The notes: generated from the sequence alone by a model not told the origin. DNA of 64,000 nt from Prorocentrum cordatum (GCA_963575745.1 CAUYUJ010000002.1:1-64000); one strand, 5' to 3'. Numbered from the stretch's first letter, positions 49,270 to 60,697 are shown. Numbers and translations: made by a program.

Positions 49270-52215
49270 GACGGAGTTCATAATGGCCGCGGCAAAGGTC
49301 GAGGTCATACGCCGGGGTAAATTTGGGCAACCTGGGCCCAAAGCTTACCAGAGGCGGGATCGCGGTCACTGAGGACTATGTGATGTTTGCCCGAATGCAC
49401 ACAAAACCCCCCACGGGCGTTGCACAACTTCGGCAGCGAGATATAAAAACCGCACCCCCTGACCTGGACCCTGGTCCGCTTTCTCGACCTGGCCCCAAAT
49501 CCACACAAAACAAAAACGAGGCTCTGCGACGAGGGGAGAAAGGAGAGTCCCACGAGGGGGGGAGGGACCAAAGAAACGAGGAGGCAGGGTTCTCGAGAAA
49601 GGCGGGAATCCCTTGGCGCTCGCAGGCCCGAGTGACTTTCAAAGAGAAGAGCAGCTGGCTATTCCCTCTAGCGACGGCAGAGGCAGCGCGGCCTTCCAGA
49701 CCCGGAAGACCCCAGAGCGCATATGGCGCTTGGATCCTGCTCCACCTGCTGCCTGGGGGACCGCGCCGGGCCTGGGACCAACTGTTGCAAGGCGTGCCTA
49801 GCCATGCAGCTAACACAACTCCCGAAGAGACCCAGCCGAGAAGGGTTCGCCTGATCACAAGCCGATCCAAATCGAACCAGGGACGAGAAACGAAGACAGC
49901 CGCGATCTCGCCGTAACCCAGATTTTCGACTCCTGGGCTGGGTCCCTTGGATCCAGCAAAAAGTTCAAAGAAAACATGCTCGCGATTTCGGCCGGCACTG
50001 GCCATGGCCGCTCGAAGGAGCGAGCGGAGGCGAGCGGTCACGACGCGGTCGCTCAACAACCACGGGCCTGGGCATCGGGCGCCGGCGGCAGCGCTGGAGG
50101 CGGCGAGATCGCGGCCTCTTCGACGAAGGCGGCGCCGAGCCTCACCGAAACGCGGTTGCCGTAGTCCTCCGCCAACGCGGGGGCACGGGCCAGCTCTGTG
50201 ATTACCATCGTCTGCTTCGCGTGGCGCTTCAGGGTCGAGATTGAGGCCCGGCGCCCGCGGAGCTTCACCTCCCGCGGTGTTCGCAAACGGTGAAGGAGGT
50301 CGAAAGACGCCCGTCCGTGGCGCCATCTGTACGCCGTGATCACCAGGTTCCGAGACAGGACTGACAGGTCGGTCGGCGGAACATGCCAGATGCGGTCCGT
50401 TGTCCTGCGGGCTTGCGCCATCGAGACCTGGAGGCAGAGGCGCAGGAAAGTCAGCGAGCCCAGGGCGACCAGCGCCAGCAGCAGGTCCCGGACGTCGGCG
50501 GCCTCTCCTGCCGCCTCGGCGGGGGCGACCAGCTGGAGCGACATGAGCGAGTCGCACGCGTCGGGCTGACGGTGCGCCGCGAAGAACAGCAGAGCGGCCA
50601 TGGCGACCCCCACGATCGCGGCCAGCAGGACCCACGGCATGGGCACGCGGGCCCTCCGAGGCACCACCCGGCCGCAGCCCAGCAGCGCCTGCGACGTCCA
50701 CGGCGTCGCGCCCGCTCTCCAGCAGCCCGGCTCTGGGTAGAAGAATCCGATGGCGGCGACCAGCTTGCCGGCGACGTCGTTCGCGCACCCCCCGAAGAGC
50801 CGCTTGTCCGGGAAGAGCGCCACGCGGGCGCCCAGCCGCTCGTAACTGCCCCCTGCCAGGCGTGCCGAGGTGACCCAGTGGAGGAAGGTCAACGCCAGGT
50901 GGAGGTCGGCCCTGTCGGTTGCCGGCGCCACCGACCGCCCCGCCAAGGACAGCGCGGCCAAGGTCGAGGGGGCAAAGGGGGGCGGCGGCAGCGGCAGCGC
51001 TGGCGAGCCGCCACTCGCACAGTATATGGGAGCTCGGGTCCGCCCACGTCATGCACGGCCCCTTCCTCGACAAAGGTTGGGAACGGCGGGGCGGCCGGCA
51101 ATGCGTCGGCGACAGCGACGGGAACCGCCGCATCAGCAGGAGGGCCCAGGGCGCCCGCCTTGACCGCGCGATCGATGCACGGGCGACCTCTAGAAGGATA
51201 ATCGGATGGGTTGCGCTCCGAAGGGGCCCATCGCACCGAGAGCCGTGCACCGCGAGCCAACGATAAGGCGCAAATTTCACGAAGCACGTCTCGAATCTGG
51301 AAAGCTCACAAACGCCCCTTGCCGACCGCGAGAGCCAGCCCTAGGTCGTCGACAAAGATGAACAGCCGTCGGTCAAACGCAGACCGGCCTCGCAGCAGAT
51401 GACGAGGCGCCGAAGACAGAGCCAGACCTTCGAGCCGGAGGATGTCGGCATCCGCCCCCCATTGAAAGCTCCGGATCACCTGCCGGCGGCCGGGGCGCAT
51501 GAAGTCGGCGCCCACCGGGTCGAAGGAGCTAGCCTCCGCGCGCGCCTGGAGCAGCCCCGCGGCGAAACCCACCGCGTCGTCCTGCGCGGCGGAGGCGGAT
51601 TCCGAGCGCGCGCCCATGACCGAGACATCTGCCGCCTCTGCCAAGAACGCGCGGTCGCGCGCGGCAGCGGCTCCAGCAGCGCGGCACCTCCTGCGCTCAG
51701 CCACGCGGCCGAAGGCGGCGGCCTCCGCGGGCGCGCAGTGCCTGCGACAGACCCCGACCCCGCAGCCCCAGTGGGAGGCGTCGCTGGCGGCCGCCGCGCA
51801 GTGCCAGCGGGCCCCCGTGTTCGCGACCAGCAGCGGCGACGAACCCATGACGGTGGACAGCTCCTGCCTGACCGACGGCCGCAGAACCGCAGGGCGCCCG
51901 CGGCAGAGCCGCGCGAAGGCGTGGACGGAGGACAGCGCGGACAGGGAGCAGCGCTGGATCAGCATGACCAGCGCCAGGTGGCCGATGAGGATCTCCATGA
52001 CATCGCAACTGCACCGCCCTTTGGCTAAGAGCTCGGCCAGGGCAGCCTTCAGTCGCCAGATGCGCTTGCTCGAGACGCGAACGGTATGGTTGGTGCCGTC
52101 CAGCTCGAGTCCAACGAACTGCACCTGCGTCGAGACGCCCGCCCCCTCGTGCACGACGAATCCCGAGTCAGTGAAAGCGCCGGCCAAGCGCTGGCCTGTG
52201 GAAGCAACTGCCTGA
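49270..52215 (-). mobile_element. Decayed, 5'-truncated DIRS-like retrotransposon B: RT end, RNase H, YR, C5-MTase
   Basis: QFVGLELDG, ASDASHWGCGV, ILRLEGLA, VRWAPSERNPSDYPSR. YR: AYRWRHGRASFD, EVKLRGR. MTase: FELFAG, LGTPCNSWS, FLENPASSFLW, CGFG..RKRT, AQIYP. Confidence 0.9.
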
Positions 52216-52453
52216 AGGCCCTGCGTAGTTAGTAACAGTTAGCGGAACTTCTAATTGTTATGAACGGAGTTATAACTAGTTAGGTTTGGCAAGTTTGAAG
52301 CTGTTTTTTAATGTTTATGTTATGTTTTTGCATCTCATGTAGTTGGAAATTGGGGCATCATGATTGGGCGCTTCGTCGATTTGGATCTGCTCAGGGGCCT
52401 TCAGATGTTTTTTATCGTCCTGGGGCAAACGCGACGGTCCGCAGCGCATCATG

Positions 52454-54536
52454 TTAGCAACATCGCGATTTGTATTCTACTGGCCAAATGCACGTGATGT
52501 CGTTCTCTATTTTCCTGTAAATCACAGGAGCTTTCAGCGAGGTCAGAGGCATCAGAACAGGGTCTGTATCATCTAAAAAGATGTGTCTGGAAAAACCTTC
52601 AGCGGCGTTCACATGCTTAGTTGCAAGCTGCTGGACAAGCACCTGCGACTCGCCATCGTCGCATTTCACGTGAAACCACACTTGCATTGCTGCATGCATC
52701 CCGCCCGACCCCAGAAGTACGATATCACCGCGCTTGATGCGGCCGAAATCTGTCATGGCTTCGATGCTGGAGACGGCTGTCTGCGTCCCAGGGCACATGC
52801 GTTTCAACGCATTCAGCAGCTTCTGTGTTGCTTTCGTTGGGTCGACTAAGCCAGGTGAAACACGCATGGTCTTTAAATCGTGCGCGTGCTGCGCAGTGAG
52901 TTGGACCATGAGAGCCTTCTCTGGCCCCTTCTTGCACATGTGGTCTTTGGCGAAACGTTTTACGTTTTTGTGCTTGCGTTCCTGGACAAAGCAACTGAGC
53001 GACCCATGTTTTTCAAACATTTCTGGCAAATGTGTTGCCATATGGTGCTTATACACCCAATAGCTTTCACCATATGCGTCCTGATGGCACCGAAGATGTT
53101 TCACTATCGCTGACTCTATCTGCGCGGTCGTGACTGGAAGCCGCCGCGCCGCCGTGATGATTATGTCAACGGCATCTTGCAATGCCAGCATACTTGCGAT
53201 CTGGGGGGCCACTTGATCCGATGAAGGATGCATGGCAATTACTTGCCGAATATACCTGCACAAAACAGGCAACGCAGAGATCTCTTCTGAGGCACTTGCT
53301 TGGAGCTCACCAGTCTCCCATACAGTTGCGGCTGAGTGGTGTTTACTCGGCCACGTCCACTTCATGAAATACTCATGCAACTCCATTGCATCACACAAAC
53401 ACTTGAACTGCGCATGCCCTAAAAGTGCTTTTACTTCTCTGTCGAATATACCAGACACAAAATAAATATGCATCCAGTCAAAGCAAATGAATGACGCAGG
53501 GAGATATCGCAAACCTGGGTCCAGCGCTATGTGTTCGGGGTGGAAGTTCCATCCTTTGTGCTGTGTGATGGTCGTGTACTGCCCCTCTGAAAACTCCCCC
53601 CGCTGATATTTATCCCAATCGGGCCGAAGTCGTTCCAGGATCGCGATGATTGTCGCGTCATCGTTTCTGCGTATCTTTGACGCATCCAAGCACGCGTCTG
53701 TCACAAAGAAACCAGATACATCATATGTCAAATAATCAAACTTTCTATTCAAGACGTTGCGACATAACGCACAGGGTTTGGAACCAGCGTGCCCTTTGTT
53801 CATGTGTAGTTCCCGCAATGCCTCTTCGTCCCCTATGACGCACGACAGCTTCGCGACGATCGTCGCGTGCGACGTTGCGTCGCCGTTCTCTGACACGTCT
53901 AATGTAACACCGCTCGTCTCAAAATTGAAACCACCAGCAGAATTAAAAAAAAACTTCTTTGAGGGTCATCTTGATGCACTGCCCGATGCCACCTGGGATG
54001 CTTTTTATTTTTGCGCACCGCGCAGTGCTAAGCGTGAACCACGCATCTTCGTTACCCAAGGACTCGTCGAACTCAGCGAACGACCAGTAAACAGCATCAA
54101 CCCCCCGATAATCTTTCCCCTTCGCCAGGGGGTCTCGCGGTGAAATACCATCGAAATATAAAATGATGTGCCACGGCGACGCCAAGCTGCATGGGTGCTC
54201 CTGAAGTGAGCGGCGAAACATCTCCCTGACTGGAGCGCTAGCCTTGCAGCAGGAATACAAAAATGGCCCAGGACAGCACACCCAGTTCTCGAAAGTTCTA
54301 CCACTGACTAAAGGCGTGTCTATGCAACGCAAGACGTTCCCATATGCGTTCGACTCTTTGGCAATGATGTTTTCGTTTGCCCTGTATTGTGAGCTCCGTG
54401 AAATATTGTCGGGCAACCCATGGTCTCGCACATATTTTAGGACACCCGACAGAGCACGCTGTGACAGGTATGAGCCCCTGTGGAGCTCCACCAGCGCCTC
54501 ATCCGCCTTGCGTTTCCTGGCGGCGGACGCGGCCAT
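52454..54536 (-). CDS. CACTA/CMC (EnSpm/Plavaka-like) DDE transposase, ~693 aa with one frameshift at a T9 run (53945-53953)
   Basis: YFDGISP, VIGDEEAL...HAGSKPCALC, FDWMH...G, YKHHMATHL and SCFVQERKH appear in the order typical of CMC transposases. Removing one T joins ORFs 53943-54536 and 52454-53896 with no stops. Confidence 0.8.
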
Positions 54537-54538
54537 GG

Positions 54539-54560
54539 TTTCAGCCCAAATGGCTACAGA
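54539..54560 (-). promoter_or_regulatory. DinoSL-like motif 2 nt before the transposase ATG
   Basis: AG|TCTGTAGCCATTTGGGCTGAAA CC ATG; 18/22 to DinoSL. Confidence 0.8.
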
Positions 54561-54977
54561 CTCGATAACGATGCCAATGCGCATCATAGGATGCATGCGT
54601 CGCGTTATGGTAGGGGCACGCTGCATGATGCATCTGAATGCAGCGAGGCGATAGATCACAACAGAAGTGCACGTTGCATAACGATGCATATGGCATGATA
54701 CGACGTCGCATCAGAAGGACATGTAGGTGCATAGTGATGCATACGAAGTGCGACGGTAGCTCGCGAGAGAAAGGAGTGTTGCATATTGATGCATGCGACT
54801 TGCGATGAAAAGATCGCAACAGACTTGTGTTTTAGACATCATGGTGCAACGTCATACAAGCAAGAGGGAGTTCGTCGATGTGGCGCCGCCCACCGCCGCG
54901 CTGCAGCTGCGATGCGAGCTCCCAGCCCTGCTGGTCCTCAACAACCCCCTGGTCCTCCCCCTCCCCGCGTCGAGCAC

Positions 54978-56384
54978 CTAACACTTGGCGTCGATCCACG
55001 CCAGCGCCGCGCTCCAAGCCTCAATGCGATTCATCGTCGCATTGCGGTCGAAGCGGACGCGGCGATCTGCCCTCCCCACAACGGCCCTGAACACCTTCTG
55101 TGAAGGCTTGTAGATCACGTAGCCGCACCTGTACGGCGCGTTGCACTCGCACGTCGGCGGCTTGGGCAGCACGGCGGGCTTTGGCACGGCAGCCGCGGGT
55201 CGCCGCATGGCAGGGGGCCGCGCCTTCTTCATTGGCACAGCCCCCTCGGCGTCTTCGACGCCTGCCCCGCCCTCGGCGTCACCGACGCCTTCGCCAGCCG
55301 CGGAGGGGCGCTTCCTCGCCTTGGCGGTCTTGGCCTTCTTGGCGAGGAGCGCCCTGAGCTTCTCCTCCTCGTCGGTCAGGTCTGGCTCGGGCTCAGCATC
55401 GCGCGGCTCATCGCGCGGCTCCTCGCGCGGCGGAAGCTTCGGCTCCTGCTGCGGCTCCTCGCGCGGCGGGAGCTTTGGCTTCGGGGGCTCCAGCTCCACG
55501 CGCGGCTGCGCAGGCGGCTCGGGCGGCCTGAGAGCCGCGGCCGCCGAGTTGGCGAAGAGCGCCGCGCACAGCGGTGCACCGAACAGGGCCTGCATGACTT
55601 GCAACTGCCCGCCAGCCGTAGGGTCTGGGGCTGTCATTGGGGGCGCTGCAGCTGCAGGCGAGGTCTTCGCCGCGCAACGCCTGCTCGACTTCCTCACGTA
55701 GTCTGGCGCGTCCGTCTGGATCTCCTCCAAGGCGGGCCCATCGTCCTTGTAAGCTGATTTCCACCACGGCTCAGCCGACATGTCCTCGATGCGGTCGAAG
55801 TTCCACACCGTGGCGTACCCAAGCGTGGACCAACCCTTGCACGTGATGGCCTTGGAGATGGCACCCTTCACCTCTCCGAGGAGCCTGAGCCAATCGCCCC
55901 CATGCCCCTTGCCGCTGCCCCACGCCACGAGCGCGGCCATCTTGCCCTTGGAGCTCTCGGAGAGCGTGTGGGCGCCGATCAGCTTGCACCGAGCGGCGAC
56001 CAGGCGTATGCACGCCTTCTCACTCAGGTCGCCGCTCTTCAGCGATTTGATCTCGCTCGCCGTGAAGACCCTCGATGCAATGCTAATCTCTTGCCATTGC
56101 TTGGATCCGCCTGGCATTGACAACATGCCTGTCTTGGTCCCGACGCTCTGGCACAAGCGTGCGATGTTCTCTTGAGTCCAAGTGTTCAGCGAGTGCTCCC
56201 TGATTGTTTTCACCAAGGCTGTCGCCTCGTCAGTACTGATCTGTGACAGGTTGTTGATCTTCATGAGGAGGCTGTCGTACTGGTGCTGGGCCACGGCTGA
56301 TGGGCACAGGCCACATGCGATTTGTGTCGATACCCACTCTGACATGTGCTGCAGTTCCGCGCGGAGGTTCGGAACCGTCGTCAT
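54978..56384 (-). CDS. Transposon accessory protein, 468 aa, intact
   Basis: Long non-repetitive ORF with a globular N-half, a Pro/Glu linker, KRPSAA/MRRPAA motifs and a compact C-terminal domain; co-oriented with the transposase. Confidence 0.8.
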   Translation of the reverse strand: MTTVPNLRAELQHMSEWVSTQIACGLCPSAVAQHQYDSLLMKINNLSQISTDEATALVKTIREHSLNTWTQENIARLCQSVGTKTGMLSMPGGSKQWQEISIASRVFTASEIKSLKSGDLSEKACIRLVAARCKLIGAHTLSESSKGKMAALVAWGSGKGHGGDWLRLLGEVKGAISKAITCKGWSTLGYATVWNFDRIEDMSAEPWWKSAYKDDGPALEEIQTDAPDYVRKSSRRCAAKTSPAAAAPPMTAPDPTAGGQLQVMQALFGAPLCAALFANSAAAALRPPEPPAQPRVELEPPKPKLPPREEPQQEPKLPPREEPRDEPRDAEPEPDLTDEEEKLRALLAKKAKTAKARKRPSAAGEGVGDAEGGAGVEDAEGAVPMKKARPPAMRRPAAAVPKPAVLPKPPTCECNAPYRCGYVIYKPSQKVFRAVVGRADRRVRFDRNATMNRIEAWSAALAWIDAKC

Positions 56385-56478
56385 AAGACGACAGTTCCGA
56401 ACCTTCGCGCCTCGCGCCTCGCGATAGGTCGCGCCTCGCGAAAGATCGCGCCTCGCGATAGATCGCGATCGATCGCGA

Positions 56479-56499
56479 TCGAGCCCAAATGGCTATGCG
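56479..56499 (-). promoter_or_regulatory. DinoSL-like motif upstream of the accessory ORF
   Basis: CGCATAGCCATTTGGGCTCGA, about 16/22 to DinoSL, ~95 nt before the ATG. Confidence 0.65.
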
Positions 56500-57422
56500 A
56501 CGCGGGCCTGTGTGATCTATATTCGAAACGGGAACCCGACACCAACTGATGCCAACTTGCAATGCCCCACGCATCGAAGATTGGTTTCGGATGGCAGTGC
56601 GAGTCTACCACCTGCAACGGGTTGCATGCATCTTGGCATACATAGAACCGACGCGTATATGGCGATGTAAGTGTTGCCGCGTCGCGTATCCCCGCCAGCC
56701 CATCCGACTCGAACGAAGAGCGCAGACCACCTGCAGTTGTTATCATCATATGTCTCATCATCATTTTCGTTAAGTGCGCGCGCGCTGATGCCGAGGGGAC
56801 GGTCCAAGACATCACTCACAGAACTGGCGTTCTGGATTTAACCTCACCAGTCGGGAGCATCCCAAAGTCGCGATCCTCCGTATCCTCCTCCTCTTCCGCC
56901 TTATCCTCCTCGTCTTCCCCTCCTCATCCCCCTCCTCCTCCCCGTTGCGGCCTTGGGGCTCTATATGTGGTTCCTATTGGGGTTTTGGTGCTGCGTCATC
57001 CTACAGATATCGTGAGGCGTCGGATGATCCTATGACGCGAAAAAGCGGAAACGCACAGCACCAATGCCATTCAGAGTGCGAAGCAGTTGTGAGGGAGCGA
57101 TGGGGGGGGGGGGCACGGCTTAGTAGCGTAGTAGGATGGGCAAGAGCATCAGCACCAGCAGCAACAGGAGGACAACGACGAGGAGGGACGAAGAGGGAAT
57201 GATGTGATGGGGAGGACGAGGATGGGGATGAGGATGAGGATTGGGAGGGAGGGGGGAGGAGGAGGCGGAGGAGGAAGGAGGAGGAGGAGAAGGGGGAAGA
57301 TGAGGAGGGGGGCGAGGCACCTGCGCTATCATGCCGACATTATCATCCCAGACTCATCTTGCATTGATGCATGCAGGTTTTTTCTCTGACCCCTCCACCC
57401 GTCGTCCGTCGCCCCCGCGCCC

Positions 57423-57859
57423 CTAGCGGGCATCGCGCTCGGCGCGCGCCAGCTCAGTCTCGGCCCGAACGTGGGCCGCGCTCGCATCATCTGCGTCGAG
57501 CAGCGCGTTCATCCACGCGTCCTTGCTCTTCAAAAACGCATTGAACCTCTTCTCTGCCTATCGGGGGGGGAGGGAGGGGGGCGATCGCACGGAGGCGGGT
57601 GGGACTGGCGACACCGATGGGGCCATTGACTAAGGGGGTGGGCTCGAGAGCCCATCCCCTCCCCCCTGGCCTCGAGGGGCCCTTGTGTTGTTGTTAGTTA
57701 ACAACCGCCTGCCTTCTTCTCAGCCTGCGTCTTCGCTGCTTTGGCATGCTTCAATGCCGCCTTGGCAGTCTTCACTGACCGCTGGCGTTCCTGCTTTTCA
57801 TCCTGCAGCTCAAAGCGCACCTGCGCTTCCATCGCGATCGTCTTCGCTGATTTTCCCAT
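57423..57859 (-). CDS. Two-exon 93-aa helical protein of unknown function (exons 57859-57713, 57557-57423)
   Basis: MGKSAK...TQAEKK|AEKRFNAFLKSKDAWMNALLDADD...ERDAR*, with AAG|GC donor and TAG|G acceptor in phase 0. Confidence 0.6.
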
Positions 57860-58096
57860 GGACACGTGAACCACAAATGGGGACGCGTAAGCCACGCGTG
57901 AACTGGTTCGCAAAGGTGGGCGAATGAACCACAAATGCTGCTGACGGTTTGCCAAACGTTCAGCCCCGCCATCGTTGGCGACATGTAGTAAGCTGGGGGG
58001 GGGGGGGGCGCGAGAGGTGTGAACAGGAGAGGGGTCGAGATGAGGAGGCGGCTGGGGGTGGACATGCAACGGGAGTGCCCGATCACGGCGTCGATG

Positions 58097-58137
<41 letters not shown>

Positions 58138-58300
58138 GGGGGGGGGGGGTATGAGTAGGGCAGTGATGTGTGGTCACATGGTTGGCACTCATGCCATGCG
58201 ACCGCGTCGCAGACTACATGCGTTTTCACGCAGCCGAGTTGGTTGAGGGCTGAGAGAACGCAGCTTGTAAGCTGCGGCGCGCGCGCGTGTGTACGCGACT

Positions 58301-59056
58301 ATGCCTGCCATGTCAGCCGACTTGAAGGCGCTGCGTGCCAAGCACCGCAAGGAGGACACGGAGCACTTCAATGAACGGTTGGGTACCCTGATCAGGCACA
58401 AGCAGCATTGCCCGAAGATGTCCAAAACGGCGGACCGCAAGGCAGCCAGTATCTCATGCATGACATGTTGCAAGTGGTTGCAATCCATTCACGTCGAACT
58501 ATACTTGCTGATTAGAGCATAAACGGTTGGGCATCACCCGATGCAGTTGTATGCATGTTCGGTTGTGTTGAAACGCATTGCAATCGGCTGCGAGTAGTTC
58601 GCGTCGAAGGGCGCACTTGTGACACTAGGGGGGGGGGGGGGGGGCGTTGAGGCAGCGCCCAATGCAGTCGTATGCATGCGCGTTCGGTTGCGTTGACACG
58701 CAGGTATGTACTATCATGATGTCAGGGTGTGAAATTGGTTGTGTAATGGCTTGGCGTTGCGACTGTGGTCGCATGGTCTCAAGCGGCTGGGCGAACGGTC
58801 GCACTTAGCAACGGCGTGTCAACGCCACGTCTGAACCCCGTCCATGCCCACTCGAAAGGCAGACGCTGCATACAAGAAGATGGAGAAGCTCGTGAAGAAG
58901 GCGGAGCAGGCCGCGGATTCGTTCACGTTGCTCTTGGACAACGCCAAGATGTGTAAGGGTGCGGTTGATCGGGCGAATAATCGCCTTGTGGAGGCAGGTG
59001 CTGCCGATCGTGCGCGGGGGCGCAAAGCCTTGGGTATCGGTGAATACGCCGCCTGA
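58301..59056 (+). CDS. Two-exon 112-aa helical protein of unknown function (exons 58301-58441, 58859-59056)
   Basis: MPAMSADLKALR...KTADRK|ADAAYKKMEKLVKKAEQ...GEYAA*, with AAG|GC donor and AAG|G acceptor in phase 0. Confidence 0.55.
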
Positions 59057-60215
59057 GTGTGGGTGTCGGGGCGTACTTAGATGGGGGCTCGTTGGGGTTG
59101 TGCGTGCAAACGCATGTATGCGAGCCTTCAGGTTCTCGTTGCAGCTTTTCGCGCGATAAAGCACCCTGCGGAGAGACCGATGATACGAATACGAATGAGG
59201 ACGAGGAGAAATAAGAATAGGATGAGGAGGGTTAGGCGGTGGAGGTGAATGAGACGGAGAAGGAGGATGATGGGGGTGAGAATGGTGAGGAGGGATAGGG
59301 AGGAGGAGAAGGAGGACGAGGATGAGGAGAAGGGGGAGGGCGAGCAGGAGAGGAGGAGCAGGATGAGACGCCCCCGCCGTCGTCTCCGCCGCCGTCGAAC
59401 TCGTCGCAGCCAACTCGTCGCCACCAACTCTTCGCCGTCGCCGTCGCTATCGCAGCCGCCATGGCAATTACTCCTCCTCATCTTCTTCCCCCTCCTCCTT
59501 CTCCTTCTCCTCCTCCCCATCGTCCCCCTCTTCCTCCGCGTGCTCCTTGTCCTGCTCCTCCTCATGCTCCTCCTCCTACTCCTCCTCATCCTCGTTGTCG
59601 TTCAATCGTGGTCGTCACGGTGGCCGCCGCCCTCCCCTGCACCGCGCGCGCAGATGACGGCGCAGGCGACGGCTTCGACGGCGACGGCGGGAACGAGGAG
59701 GAGACATGCTGAGAATGAAGAGGGCGAGAATGAGACGGAGTAAGAATGAGGAGAATGAGGATGATGAGGAGGAGAATGAGGATAAGGAAGAGGAGGCAGA
59801 GGAGGAGGAGGAGGTGGGGGAAGATGAGGAGGGTGATGAGGCGGAGGAGAAGGAGGAGGAGGAGGAGGCGGCGGCGGCGGAGGAGGAGGCGGAGGAGGAT
59901 AAAGGTAGGAGGGGGAGGGTGAGGATGAGGGGGAGGATGGGCCTTCCCCTCCTCCTCCTCCTCCTCACCCCCCACCTCCTCCTCAGAATCTTCCCCCCTC
60001 TCCTTCTCCTTGTCATCCTTCTCCCGCGCATCCTCCTCTCATCCCACTTCCCCTTATTCTCGCTCACGCCACGCTCATACACCTCTTATCAACATGATCC
60101 AGCGCAGCCGCGGGCAGCGCAGCCAAGCAGACGAGCCCATTCTAGGCACAACGTCGACCACGAGCGAGATGGAGACCCTCGAAGTTTACTCTAAACATGA
60201 GCCCAAACCCTTGGT

Positions 60216-60475
60216 GTCGTATGTCAGAATCTCACATGCGACAAATCTGTCGTATGTCAGAATCTTACATACGACAACGTTGTCGTATGTAAGAATCGTA
60301 CATACGACATCTCGCTCTTATATATCATAAGGATTATATTAACACATCCGTCGTATGTTAGAATCTTACATACGACAACGGTGTCGTATGTAAGAATCTT
60401 ACATACGACAACTTTGTCGCATGTTAGAATCTTACATACGACAACTGCGTCGTATGTTAGAATCTTACATACGAC
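60216..60475. repeat. Array of seven 27-bp palindromes, 33-bp period
   Basis: GTCGTATGTAAG-AAT-CTTACATACGAC at 60216, 60249, 60282, 60350, 60383, 60416 and 60449. Confidence 0.95.
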
Positions 60476-60697
60476 GACCCCCACCATAATAGATCATCCC
60501 CGACGGAGGAGAGGCAGCGCGCGGTCTAGAATGGACTCCACGCCTGCTGCCGCGCTGGTGGCGGCACATTAATGCAGCAGCGGCGGCTTCGGCGCCGCTT
60601 TGGTAGTGATTCTGGCGCTACTGCAGATCAGCGGCGAACAGCCGCCTCCGCCCAGATGTCGGGAGGAGGAACACATTACATATCCAGTTCTTGGCCC

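Noticed and set aside
58763..58783. SL-like ..TGGTCTCAAG before the 70-aa ORF at 58844
   Set aside because: The match is weak and lies inside the predicted intron, and the spliced model fits better. An independent gene is not excluded.
60216..60475. CRISPR array
   Set aside because: Linkers are only 6 bp and similar to each other, there are no cas genes, and the context is eukaryotic.
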